This document shows positions 31,483 to 62,111 of a stretch of 64,000 bases of DNA, piece after piece. Each line of letters begins with the position of its first letter. Position 1 is the first letter of the stretch. Origin of the DNA: the human T2T-CHM13v2.0 reference genome, Homo sapiens. The stretch lies in the NCBI RefSeq assembly GCF_009914755.1, contig NC_060947.1. One strand, written 5' to 3'. Below the pieces are notes generated by a model. That model had not been told where the DNA came from. It was given only the letters and a program-made list of their open reading frames with translations, and searched no databases. The position numbers and the translations under genes were made by a program.

Positions 31483-34745
<3,263 letters not shown>

Positions 34746-34887
34746 ACAATGCAGCCTCTTTAAGGTCAAATGTATTTTGGCTTTTCCAGGATAAACAAAG
34801 GATTACTGGTAAGGCTGAGAAGTGATTCCTCCTTTCTTGTACTCTTGCCTAGAAACATGGGGATATGTGTTCCCCCACTGTATTTCT

Positions 34888-34900
34888 TTCTTTCTTTCTT

Positions 34901-34937
<37 letters not shown>

Positions 34938-37865
34938 AACCGGAGAGGGGTATATTTATTTTCTCACATTTTAAAAAAAAAAAAAAAGCAGAACATAAGT
35001 AGTCTGGGGCACGTACAGCAGCAAAGGCCCAGGATCCTTCCTGCTTTCTGCTTCCTTGGCCTTAGGGTGTGAATCTTTTCCTCATGCTCTCAAGACAGCT
35101 GTCTGAGCACCAGCCATCACATCCACATTCCAGGCAGGAAGAAGGCAAAGGTGAAGGGTACTGCACATGTCAGCTGAGCTCCCTTTACAGGTTCTTTCCT
35201 GCAAGTCTCTCCCGACATCATCCACTTGCATGCTACAACTGCCCACCCTGGGTTGTGAGGGAGGGTAGGACATGGCTTTTGCCTGCCCGCTTGTCAGAAT
35301 TGGGCAGAAGCACTGGGATTCTGTTAGTAGGGAGGAAGGAGAATAGATGCTGGCTTAACAATTTGCAGTCCCCGCCACAGCCAGGACTTAGGCAGGGGTG
35401 ATTCCCACTAAAAGCCAAAGGTTTCATGCCTGGCTGCAGGGGAGAGGTGCTTGGGCTGGGGTCCTGCCTTGTCTTAACAAATACGAGGCTCTTGTTAAAT
35501 ATTTAACCCTGTGAGGGTGGCTTGTGGCCCACGTGCACCCGAATCAGCTGCCTGGCATGCCTCAGCCCACTCCAGGGCTTCCAATTCACCCTGGGGCAGG
35601 GGAGGCCTGGGGCACACGGTTTTCACACACACACTCCTAGCTGATTTCTTTTTCTTCTGTAATTTATAAAATTAACACTGCACTTATTGGAAGACATGAA
35701 AATCCAAAGATGGGTAGAGAAAAAGTTCACCTCCCTGTGCCTTGCCCCTGACTAACCCACGTTAACAGTCTTACCTGCTCCCAGGGGATTCTGGGATCAT
35801 GGAAGGTCCTTGAGAAACTCTCTAGTCCTAGACAAGTGCTGGGGGGTGGGAGGATAGGCTGGGGAGAGAAGGGGGCTCCTCAGCAGGCCGAGCCTTGGTT
35901 GCTCAACCCTGCTGGTACTGACTACACATGGAGCGAGGAATGTGCTGAGGGCTCAGCCACGTGGGTGGTCCTTGTGGCCTCTGCCACTGCCCTGGGTAGT
36001 CGTCACTCAGCCACGTCAACAAGCGACATTGGGGAGGCAGGCCTGGGCCGCCTGAACCGTCACCTCAGTCCTGGTTGACACCTCAGGCCTGGTCATTATC
36101 TGAACTTTGGCTGCAGGGCTTCTGGGCAGAAAGGGCAGATCCAACTGGCTCGTCCTAGCCATGTGCTCCCGGAGCAGCCTGCCCAGGGATCTGGAGAGCA
36201 GCAGCCAGATCCTAACCTACTCTGCACCAACAGGCAGGAAAGGGCACCTTGAGTCTGCCACTGTAGGGTTTCAGAAGCAGGCTGACCTGAGGCTTTCCAA
36301 ATTTCACGAGGGCTCCTTCTAAGGCCTGGGCTGTGTCCAGATGTTGGACCACATGCAAAGAATGGAGGCCGAGTCCAGAAAGAGGAGGGCCCTCCCCCAT
36401 GGGAATGTGCACGTTGGAAGGGCTCCCCATTTGCCCCTAGATCCTAGGCTGGATGTGGGCTCAGGAGGCTAACCCCTATGGACCAGCCCACCCGTTCAGC
36501 CAATGGGCAGCCACAGCAAGGGCAGAGGGAGCAGCAGAGGCAGCCCACGTGGTCACAGGTCCCGTGGGCTCCAGAGCTCTCAGCTCCAGGCACCCCTGCC
36601 TGCCCCGCTTCGAGCCTATTGGGGGCAGACTTCCTGCTGTGTCTGGTCACTAACCTCTGCCCACACCACTAAAGGACTGTAGCTGAATTCTCCTTAGTTA
36701 AATCCTCTGCTAACACAAAAGGAAAAAGCCAAATCTCATCTCACAAGAGCTTTATTTGAGGTGCAGCATGCATGGGGCCTTGCCCCAAATGCCATGGGCA
36801 TCACATTCAGGAAGAGGCAGACATCCCCACAACAGTCACATGCTGAAGCTTCCGTCTGCAATGTCTGGTGGCAGAGTTCTCACTCAGCAGACCTGTATCA
36901 TTATATACATCACCATGTTATCAAAGTCCCTGGACTGGATATTGTCCCCGGGTTACAGAAGGGGTTGCACATCACATCTATGTAGGAGTTGTGCAGCTTC
37001 CAGAACATCCTGTGAATTTCATTGTCTCGAAGAGCTGTGTTGGAGGAATTCACCACCATGACAAACTTCACCTTGGAGATGGTAGTGTAGCCCTGTCTGC
37101 ATAGCTGGTTAGGGAATGCACTTGTAAGACAAGGACTGCTGGGACAGCAGGTAAAGAACCTGCCAGCTGAGGGCCCTCTGTGTGCCCTCAGTTTGGAGAA
37201 GCCTGGCAACCTTGAATCACAGGAAGTGCCCAGGCTGGGCTGGTCCTGCAGTGACCATACTGGGTGCATGCCTACATACTTCACTGGGATGACTGGTGTT
37301 TACTGGAGAAGCAAAGGGCAGGCAGCTAAGCTTTACCCAATTCTGGCTCCGGAAGCTGAGCCATTCAGACTCTGAGTCTCTGTGTGCACCTGGGATGCCT
37401 CACCCTCTTTGTGAATCAATGCCTGGTCCAGAAAGTTAACTGCAAAACCAGAGACTTCATGAATAAGGCGGACCTCCTCTGTAGAGGCCATGTTTTGTAA
37501 AATAGTGGCTACTGGTAAATGTCACCATGGACAAGCTACATTACTGCTCTTGGAACGTCTTTGAACTCCATGGTCTCAAGTGATTTGTCCAAAGGGACTG
37601 GTCGAGAGTCTCTAGTGACTTATGAGGCAAGACCTTGTAGTCCTCTGTGGGGTAGAGCAGGTCCAGATAGACCTCTCTCTGGTTGACCAAGGCCTTCCCC
37701 ATTGAGGAGATCTTCTCATCCACCACATCCAGAGATGTGTGCACCATGTACTGGAAACTCAGCTCTTTCTCCGTGGGGGTGCTGCGGATGTAGAGAGGGT
37801 AATTCTCCTTGGTGATCACCGGGATGCATATCACCATCTTGGGAGGACCAGTGCTGGGTGCCCCG
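34888..37865 (-). pseudogene. TRAPPC2LP1: Semi-processed retrocopy of TRAPPC2L (sedlin-like TRAPP subunit) with long 3' extension
   Basis: ATG at 37837: [69 protein letters not shown]. After a 535-nt insert it resumes at 37096 with ..[45 protein letters not shown], has a 1-nt frameshift, then ..[18 protein letters not shown] (stop 36886-36884). Decayed poly(A) at 34888-34937; TSD cccactgtatttct (34874-34887) / cccattgtattcct (37866-37879). The pseudogene symbol is recalled. Confidence 0.92.
34938..35350 (-). mobile_element. MLT1-type (ERVL-MaLR) LTR fragment carried inside the retrocopy, providing its poly(A) signal
   Basis: cagccatcacatccacattccaggcaggaagaagg motif typical of MLT1J/K; minus strand reads TGTGAGAAAATAAA...GTT followed directly by the tail. 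Confidence 0.65.
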
Positions 37866-37953
37866 CCCATTGTATTCCTAACTCTACAAAGGGGTGCTAG
37901 TAAGGAGCTATAGCTATAGTAAGAGATCTAGTCTTTTTCCCCATGGCATCTAG

Positions 37954-38520
<567 letters not shown>

Positions 38521-38707
38521 GTATTTTTCCTATCACCTGTAAAGAATTGCCAAAGAAAAATAGGGGGAGGGATAGGTTCTGATTAATGAAGATTACCATG
38601 AGTTGTGGTAAACCAGGACTCAAATTTTTGAATAATTCCCCCTTGTGGAGTTGGTAAGACAATTAGGGACTAAATGTGGTGTATATAATGAATAGAAACT
38701 ATTTTTC

Positions 38708-44859
<6,152 letters not shown>

Positions 44860-45349
44860 TAGAAACTATTTTTCATCTATCAGATTGGTAACAGTTTTTA
44901 GGTGTAGCAATATCAAATGTTGACAAGGGTGCAAGCAAAGTACTCTCATACATAGCTGGTAAGAGTGGAATAGCCCCTTTGGATGACAATTTGGCAGTAT
45001 CTATAAAAAAAGAAAATGTATATCCTCATGACTCTGTAATTCCCACTTCTTTCTACCCTAGTAAAACCTTGCACATGTGCACAGAAATCATGTAGCAGAA
45101 TATTTCATTATGGAAAAAAAATGAGGCAGATCTGTATATGCTGATATAAATAAATCTCCATGACTAATTAAGTTAAAAATGGCAAGTTACAGAATAACAT
45201 ATATATATATAAAATTCTATGTTTAACACATTTTATTTGGTATAAACACACACGTGTGTGTGTGTATATACTATATACTTACATCAATTATATATTCTAG
45301 TAATGGATATTATGTGATATGTAATATATAATACATTTGTTTAATATAT

Positions 45350-45694
45350 AATCATGCACCAAATAATGACATTTCAGTCAATGACAGACCATGGATACAA
45401 TGATAGTCCCATAAGATTGTAATACTGTATTTTTACTGTACCATTATGTTTAGATACAAAATACCATTATGTTATAATTGCCCACAGTATTCAGTACAGT
45501 CATATGATGTACAGTCACATGATATACAGTTTTATAGCCTAGGAGCAATAGGCTATACCATATAGCCTGGGTGTATAGTAGGCTATACTATATAGATTTG
45601 TATAAGTGCACACTATCATGTTCACACAATGATGAAATTGCTTAACAATGCGTTTCTCAGAATGTATTCCTGTTATTAAGTGACATATGACTGT
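45350..45694. mobile_element. Tigger3a-like MITE
   Basis: tcatgcaccaaataatgacatttcagtcaatgacagacc...gcgtttctcagaatgtattcctgttattaagtgacatatgactg|ta. Confidence 0.75.
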
Positions 45695-45879
45695 AAATGT
45701 CTAGATATGTAATATTTGACTATGTAAATGTCTGCAAAAAATGGAAGGTATGCATCAAGCTGATAACAGTGCTTACTTCTGGAGGGGGACTGGAATTTTG
45801 GCAGGGTTGAGGCAGTCAAGGAGACTTGACCTTTACAAGTATTATCTATTTTTTTATATAAATATATTTATATGTTACT

Positions 45880-46080
45880 TCTATAAGTAAAAATATAGAA
45901 TATATTTTTCTATAAGTATAGATAAATATAGAATATATGTAATATAGAATATATGATATACTATATATAGAATATATGTAATATAGAATATATCATATAT
46001 ATTCTGTATGTATAGAATATAGAATAAATGTAGAATATATCAAATAAAGAATATATGAATATACACATACATACATACAC
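45880..46080. repeat. AT-rich low-complexity repeat (atatagaatatat units)
   Basis: Repeated tatagaatatat motifs. Confidence 0.75.
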
Positions 46081-46102
46081 ACCCATGTTATTAGTGGTTT
46101 TA

Positions 46103-46441
<339 letters not shown>

Positions 46442-46698
46442 TCATTGGTTATACTGAAGTGACTGAGTACATTGCTTGGAAAACAGCTCTAGGCTATTTA
46501 GAAAGCTTCTCTGATATAGCCCCACCTAATCTGCCTCTGCTTCTTCGTGTCAGTCTAATACTGGTCTAGGGCGTGCATATAATCTTCTTGGCTGCCAACT
46601 ACTCATCCAGTCAGTTTTCGCCAATCTTTTTTGGTTATGAGAATAGGATGGAATTTGGGTTTTCCACGGTCAAACTTCAGTTTCTAGACTTCGTTTTC

Positions 46699-48164
46699 TT
46701 TTTTTTTTTTTTCCATTTAACCCTGAGTGGACACAGCACATGTTTCAGAGAGCACAGGGTTGGGGGTAAGGTCACAGATCAACAGGATAAGAATTTTTCT
46801 TAGTACAGAACAAAATGAAAAGTCTCCCATGTCTACCTCTTTCTACACAGACACGGCAACCATCCGATTTCTCAATCTTTTCCCCACCTTTCCCCCCGCT
46901 CTATTCCACAAAACCGCCATTGTCATCATGGCCCGTTCTCAGTGAGCTGTTGGGTATACCTCCCAGACGGGGTGGTGGCCGGGCAGAAGGGCTCCTCACT
47001 TCCCAGTAGGGGCGGCCGGGCAGAGGCGCCCCTTACCTCCCGGACGGGGCAGCTGGCCGGGCGGGGGGCTGACCCCCCCACCTCCCTCCCGGATGGGGCG
47101 GCTGGCCAGGTGGGGGGCTGACCCCCCCACCTCCCTCCCGGACGGGACGGCTGGCCGGGCGGGGCCTGACCCCCCCACCTCCCTCCCGGACGGGGCGGCT
47201 GCTGGGCGGAGACGCTCCTCACTTCCCAGACGGGGTGGCTGCCAGGCGGAGGGGCTCCTCACTTCTCAGATGGGGCGGCTGCCGGGCGGAGGGGCTCCTC
47301 ACTTCTCAGACGGGGCGGTTGCCGGGCGGAGGGGCTCCTCACTTCTCAGACGGGGCGGTTGCCAGGCGGAGGGTCTCCTCACTTCTCAGACGGGGTGGCC
47401 GGGCAGAGACGCTCCTCACCTCCCAGACGGGGTCACGGCCGGGTAGAGGCGCTCCTCACATCCCAGATGGGGCGGCAGGGCAGAGGCGCTCCCCACATCT
47501 CAGACGATGGGCGGCCAGGCAGAGACGCTCCTCACTTCCTAGATGGGATGGCGGCCGGGAAGAGGCGCTCCTCACTTCCTAGATGGGATGGCGGCCGGCA
47601 GAGACGCTCCTCACTTTCCAGACTGGGCAGCCAGGCAGAGGGGCTCCTCACGTCCCAGACGATGGGCGGCCAGGCAGAGACGCTCCTCACTTCCCAGACG
47701 GGGTGGCGGCCGGGCAGAGGCTGCAATCTCGGCACTTTGGGAGGCCAAGGCAGGCGGCTGGGAGGTGGAGGTTGTAGCGAGCCGAGATCACGCCACTGCA
47801 CTCCAGCCTGGGCACCATTGAGCACTGAGTGAACCAGACTCCGTCTGCAATCCCGGCACCTCGGGAGGCCGAGGCTGGCGGATCACTCACGGTTAGGAGC
47901 TGGAGGCCAGCCCAGCCAACACAGCGAAACCCCGTCTCCACCAAAAAAATACGAAAACCAGTCAGGCGTGGTGGCGCGCGCCTGCAATCGCAGGCACTAG
48001 GCAGGCTGAGGCAGGAGAATCAGGCAGGGAGGTTGCAGTGAGCCAAGATGGCAGCAGTACAGTCCAGCTTCGGCTCGGCATCAGAGGGAGACCGTGGAAA
48101 GAGAGGGAGAGGGAGACCGTGGGGAGAGGGAGACAGAGGGAGAGGGAGAGGGAGAGGGAAAGGG
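46699..48164 (-). mobile_element. SVA_D-like element with 3'-truncated SINE-R
   Basis: Poly(T) joined directly to ccatttaaccctgagtgg; VNTR with ggggggctgacccccccacctccctcccgga units; Alu-like domain; hexamers; perfect 15-bp TSD ctagacttcgttttc at 46684-46698 and 48165-48179. Confidence 0.93.
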
Positions 48165-48451
48165 CTAGACTTCGTTTTCCAAATGCATGCAGAACTGCAG
48201 TTGTTATTGAGTAGATAAGTTTGAAAGTTCTGAATATAAGAATATTTGTGCAGCTCTTTACAGTTTACAAAATGTCTACCTTTTTATCTTATTTGATCTT
48301 CCCAACAACCCTGTGAGGTAGGTGTTATTATTAATTATTGACATAGATAGGGAAACCTTTGGGAGTCCCCAAGAGCTCCCCTAGATCAAATGATTCACTA
48401 GGAGGACTCACAGGACTCAGCATATAGTCATACTCACAGTTAAGATTTATG

Positions 48452-48963
48452 GGGCTGGGTGCCATGGCTCACGCCTATAATCCTAGCACTTTAAGGAGGC
48501 CAAGGTGGGAGGATCGCTTGAGCCCAGGAGTTTAAGACCAGCCTGGGCAACATGGCGAAACCCCATCACTACAAAAAAATACAAAAATTAGCCAAGTTGG
48601 TGGCAGACTCCTGTAGTCCTTGCTACTCAGGAGGCTAAGGTGGGAGGATCACTTGAGCCCGGGAGATAAAGGCTGCAGTGAACCATGATCATGCCTCTGT
48701 ACTCCAGCCTAGGTAAGAGTGAGACTCTGTCTCAAAAGAAAGAAAGAGACAGACAGAGAAGGAGGGGGAGAACGGGGAGGGAGGGAAAGGAAAGGAAGAA
48801 GGAAGAAGGGAAGGAGGGAGGGAGGGAAAAGAAAAGAAAAAAAGAAAGAAAATAAGCAAATGAAGAGCCAGATGTGGTGGCACACACCTGTAATCCTAGC
48901 ACTTTGGGAGGCAGAGGCAGGAGGATCACTTGAGCCCAGGAGTTCAAGACCAACCTGGGCAAC
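48452..48963 (+). mobile_element. AluJ, purine-rich tail and partial Alu monomer
   Basis: Alu homology at 48452-48745 and 48866-48963; GGAA/GAAA-rich stretch between them. Confidence 0.8.
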
Positions 48964-48977
48964 ATATATATATACAC

Positions 48978-49034
<57 letters not shown>

Positions 49035-49229
49035 CATATATACGTGTATATATATACGTATATATATACATATATACGTGTATATATACGTATATATACA
49101 TATATACGTGTATATATATATATACATATATATACACATATATATACATATATACACATATACGTATATATATATACACACACATGTACACACACACACA
49201 CACACACATACACACACACACACACACAC
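48964..49229. repeat. Compound (TA)n/(CA)n alternating purine-pyrimidine microsatellite
   Basis: About 265 nt of TA, TACA, TACG and CA dinucleotide-phase repeat. Confidence 0.95.
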
Positions 49230-49512
49230 AAACTCTTTTCTGAACAGAAACCAAAACTAAAAGATGAAGTGACTTTCCTTAAAGATACTTATATAGTAAG
49301 CGTGGCAGTCAAGATTAAAACCCAGACCCTCAGATTCCAAACATTTCCTACTACATAATTTTAATCTCCATCAAATCAAGAATAAATGTTTTCAGCGTGC
49401 AGTTGAAGTGGTAAAAATTAATGCATAGTTCCTTGAGACATGGAATGCTGAAGTGATTTTTCTTCCTGTGCCATATAATGTCTTCTTTCTCTTTGACCTA
49501 TAACCTTTCTAG

Positions 49513-49617
<105 letters not shown>

Positions 49618-50565
49618 TAAGAATAAAGTTAATAAATGTTATTTCAAGTCCCTACTATGTGTGAGGAGCTTTGCAAGAAATAGAGAAGTAGAAGTCCCAT
49701 TTACTGCCCCTAAAGATTTAAACCTAATTATGAAGAGGAAACCTAAACACAAAAAATGGTTAAATAATTGCAATTTTAAATAGCGTCTCAAGTTGACAGT
49801 AAAAGAATGTCATAACACAGCACATGATTAGTAGCCAAATAAATTTCTTAGGCAGTAATTGTGTTAAGAGTTCAGAGGCGAGGAATATCAATTCAGGCTA
49901 CCATGATCAAGGAAGGCTTTGTAAAAAGTTAGCATTTGAGCTGGCTTTTGAAAGATTATCACACTTACTAGATAACAGCAGTTTCTTTGTCCCTGCACTA
50001 ATGGTAAATTAGCTTGTGAATGGAATTAATGTCCAGGCTAGTGATTTAAAAAATCAATCTAGCCATCTCTTACCAGTTAAGAATAAAACCAAAGCAGATA
50101 ACCATAACATCCTACTCTCCTTCAGACCTCTGCCGTATGGGCTATCCTACCTTCTTTTTACTCAGTGACTCCGTTTTATCTCTCAGTTGAGTCTAAAGCT
50201 CATGTTTGTAAAAGTTATGCTGAATGTTTACTTTCTATCTCAGACTTGTATAATAATCATCAGAATTATTCTTCATAGCTAAAGTGAAGTGAAATGCCTT
50301 CAAAGAACCATTTTGATGCAAAAGGGGCGGCGTATATTGAGGCAGTTGCATTGCTGTGTACTAAAAGTTGTCTTACTCTTTGTATTAAGCTCCTATTATT
50401 GAGACAGGTTTGGTTGTTTGGGTGGTATTCTTTTTTTAAGATGGCTATGTGACTAGTCACCTATTTTATATATGTCAGTGTTGTAACTCTGGGAGTCTAG
50501 TATTATGTCTTTTGAAGTCAGGCTTTGCTGCTGGTAGTCCTCACTTCTACAGCATCTGTGTTTAG

Positions 50566-50710
50566 GTTGAGTGAGCGCCGCCGCAAACGTCTCCAGGAGC
50601 TGGAGGGTCAAATTGCTGATCTGAAGAAGAAACTGAATGAGCAGTCCAAACTTCTGAAACTAAAGGAATCCACAGAGCGTACTGTCTCCAAACTGAACCA
50701 GGAGATACGG
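50566..50710 (+). CDS. KIF4A: KIF4A coding exon (exon 17, 145 nt)
   Basis: gtttag|G TTG AGT GAG...ATA CGG|gtaata; [48 protein letters not shown]. Confidence 0.96.
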
Positions 50711-51461
50711 GTAATAAATTCTCATCCTTGCATTTACCCCCATTGGAATTTACAAACATAGGTATTCCATTTAGAAATATACTAGAGGTGTTTTCAGGTG
50801 AGAAAATAGCAGGCAGAGCAATCATTTCAAGTGTGTGAATCTCCACAAATGTCCCTTTTGCAGAACATTGTGCTAGTGGTCATCTAGGATCTGCTTAATA
50901 AAACGTTGCTTTGACATTCAAAATTTAATGTTAGAGTCTCTGAAACCAAAGAACAAAGACATCTCCATACTTAGTGGGTTATATCCTGATCACCTTCCAT
51001 GATCATGCAGCATAATTTTGTAAAGTAGTAATAAGATGACAGACACCTAGAGAAAATTCTCAGTTATTGAATGTTCAACTTGTGGCACCAACAAAGTGGT
51101 GGTTACAGGCTACTTGTACTGAAACCTTTAGAATACAATGGTTACTAGGTGGATTTGTCCTGGAGGCTTAGTAGATGTTTCCTTGAAATTTCATTTGTAT
51201 ACAGTGAATTTAGGGCTGGATTTAGCTTGTAGGTACATTTTTATTTAATTTCTTCTCAGTGTTCACTTGTATAGCCTGTACTTGGAAACCCTGTGCAAGC
51301 ATAGCAAGGGGTATTGTAAGCCTAATCAGGGAATCTGTTGGGGACTGCTTTCCCAGCCTAGTTCTGGCTTTTCTCTCTTCTTAATGGTAAGTCTATCCAT
51401 CCGCACCAGCCTAGAATAAAGTGCAGATGACTAATACTTTTGCTGGTTTTTGTTTTTATAG

Positions 51462-51581
<120 letters not shown>

Positions 51582-52309
51582 TAAAACTTCTTGAAGGCCT
51601 AGGTAATAAACCCTTCTCTGAGCTGACTAACAATTTTAATGCTTCTCTTCAAACACCTCGTGTCTCCAAAAGTGTGACATTCTCATGAATTTAACAACTT
51701 TATTAAATGTCTACTATGTCTATTATGTGCAAGGTACTATCTACTAGGCACTATTAGAAATAGAAAAATTAGTAGTATATAAGCTCTGCCCTTGAAGAAT
51801 GTCTTACCTAAAGGAGATGGTAAGATATAAGCATGGATTTCTCAAATACAAGGAAGAAAGAGATTTGGGCTATAAGAATAAAATAACAAAGTAACTAAGA
51901 GAAAAGAAAGCAAATTTGCAGTTGGAGTGAAAAGGTGATGGTTGAATAGGCCCTGAATAATAGGAAGGGTTATGATAGAGATAAGTACAAGCATTCCAGA
52001 TAGATAGATCAAAGAAATAGAGATGACAACTTTGTAGACACATTCAAGGAATGGCAAGTGGTCCAACTGGGGTGAAGTATAGTAGTGGACCATTCCATTG
52101 GAAAGGCAAGTCGAAGCTGGATTATTAAAGATCCAAGAAGTTTGAACTCATTTTGTTAGTAGCATAAAGATTTTTAAGGGTTTTTAGAAAGTGATATCAA
52201 CAAAATACTGCTTTAGAAAGATATATCTGGGAATAATGTATAGAGCAAACTGTAATATTGAGAAACAGAGGCCAGAACACAAGAAGATATTATATAATCC
52301 AGAAGAATT

Positions 52310-59440
<7,131 letters not shown>

Positions 59441-59830
59441 AACAAAAGAAGAAAGGAGACATCTCTATAAAGTGATGACAACTTTACATTCTACAGGAAT
59501 ATATATTCCACATTGACAAGGATCTTTGTTTTGCTCACTTCTGCATTTCCAATGGCTAGAACAGTGGCTGGCAAGTAGTGGGCACTCAATAATGTTTAGT
59601 GAATGATTTTAATCATAATTAATGCAAAATATACCTTTCAAAAAATGAAGGAAGTAGGGCAACAAAAAGTACCGCGGGCTTTTCAGTGACTGTAAAGTCA
59701 GAGGAAACAGCTAGTTTGAAGAGACAAAGTTGGTTTTAGGAGAATAATCTTTGGGATGGAGAGACCTAGAAAATATTGGATAATGTTGGCCTAGAGTTCA
59801 AGGGAGAAGTTGGGCTGGACTTTGCAATTA

Positions 59831-60504
<674 letters not shown>

Positions 60505-61224
60505 TGAAATTTGTAAGGTAGAAAAATAATTAGGATGGTATGGGGAAGTTATTGGTAGTGCTAACGATGCTGGGAGAGAAGCCAAAGAAGATAGTGACTG
60601 TAAAAACACCACTGAATTTAAGAAGTAGGAAATTCCAGGACAACTGGTAGGAACTACTTACAAGGGGATTATGGAGTGACCAGTAATGACAATTGGAAGC
60701 ACTAAACATAGACCTCTCTTTCAAAAAGTCTGGTACTAAGAAGACTGTTGACTTTTCTCTTTCCACTGGACTAGCTTAGTCCTCTGACTGTGTTTCTTTA
60801 ATTATCTTGACTTTTCATTTCAACACACATCATATTTTATTATAATTGTATTGCATGTTGTTTGTATTCTCTGGTAATCTCTGTAGGAGTAGTAACCATG
60901 TCATGTTTATCTCTGTATCCTAGACACCTAGCCCAGTGCCTAGTGTTTAGTTGATGGCACAGTAAATATTATATTGTTGAATGAAATGAATTGTTCTAGT
61001 ATGCTGGCAAAGACATGACAAAAATGGCTGACCATTCTATCCAGATTGGATTGGAACAAGTGAAGCCAGAAGGAGCTTAATGGATTATTAGAAGAGGGAA
61101 ATGGCCAAGAAATCAAAGCAGTTAAATATTGTGTGCTCAGCTGAAGCAGGTGATACCCCATAGTATTTCTTGGTATTCTTTATCTTTAATCTCTGGGAAG
61201 AAAGAGCACATTCAGTAATAACCT

Positions 61225-61447
61225 GTTTTTATTTTTATTTTAGATTCAGGGGGTGCAGGAGCAGGTTTGTTACAAGGGTATATTGTATGATGCTGAGCTT
61301 TGGGCTTCTACTGATCCCATCACCCAGATAGTGAACATAGTACCCAATAGGAAGTTTTTCAGCTCTTGCCCCCCTTTCTCCATCCCTCCCTCCTTTTAGA
61401 GCCCCCAATGTCTATTGTTTCCATCTTTATGTCCGTGTGTACCCAGG
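61225..61447 (-). mobile_element. L1 3'-end fragment
   Basis: gcaggtttgttacaagggtatattgtatgatgctgag...catagtacccaataggaagtttttc. Confidence 0.75.
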
Positions 61448-61964
61448 TTAACCTTGTTTTTTTCAAAAATGAGAAACCTCTTTTTTTTTTAGCTGCAGGT
61501 TACTTTAATTTTATAGGTGGTTGGCTATGTGATAGACTTTCTCTTTTTTGCCAGCCACCTGGGTTTTGTAATGGATGGACAGGTAGGGTTGATGGGAAAA
61601 GAATACTGGTCTATTTTTCAGGAGACCTGAATCCCACCTCTGTCAATAACTACCTATGTGGAAAGGACTGTTCATTAGATGATCTTTAAGCTTCCTTCCA
61701 GGCCTCACATTCTAGGATATTATTTCTAGTAGTTGATTTATGACTGAGACTCAAGAATTTGGCCACAGAGCAATAAGCCAAAGGGAAAAACCACTTCCCC
61801 TCTACACACAAACATGGTTTCTAGAACTACGAGTTTTTGACTCATATGAGAAGATGAAGGCAGCTCACTGTATTGTAGTTAACCTTACAAATCAAGGATG
61901 TCTTGAGAGACACCTTATAGTATAAGGTTTTATTTTAGCTAGCTGAACAGCAATTAATATCTGA

Positions 61965-62111
<147 letters not shown>

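Noticed and set aside
48709-49358. YIYIYI and THTHTH ORFs on both strands
   Set aside because: Translations of the (TA)n/(CA)n microsatellite
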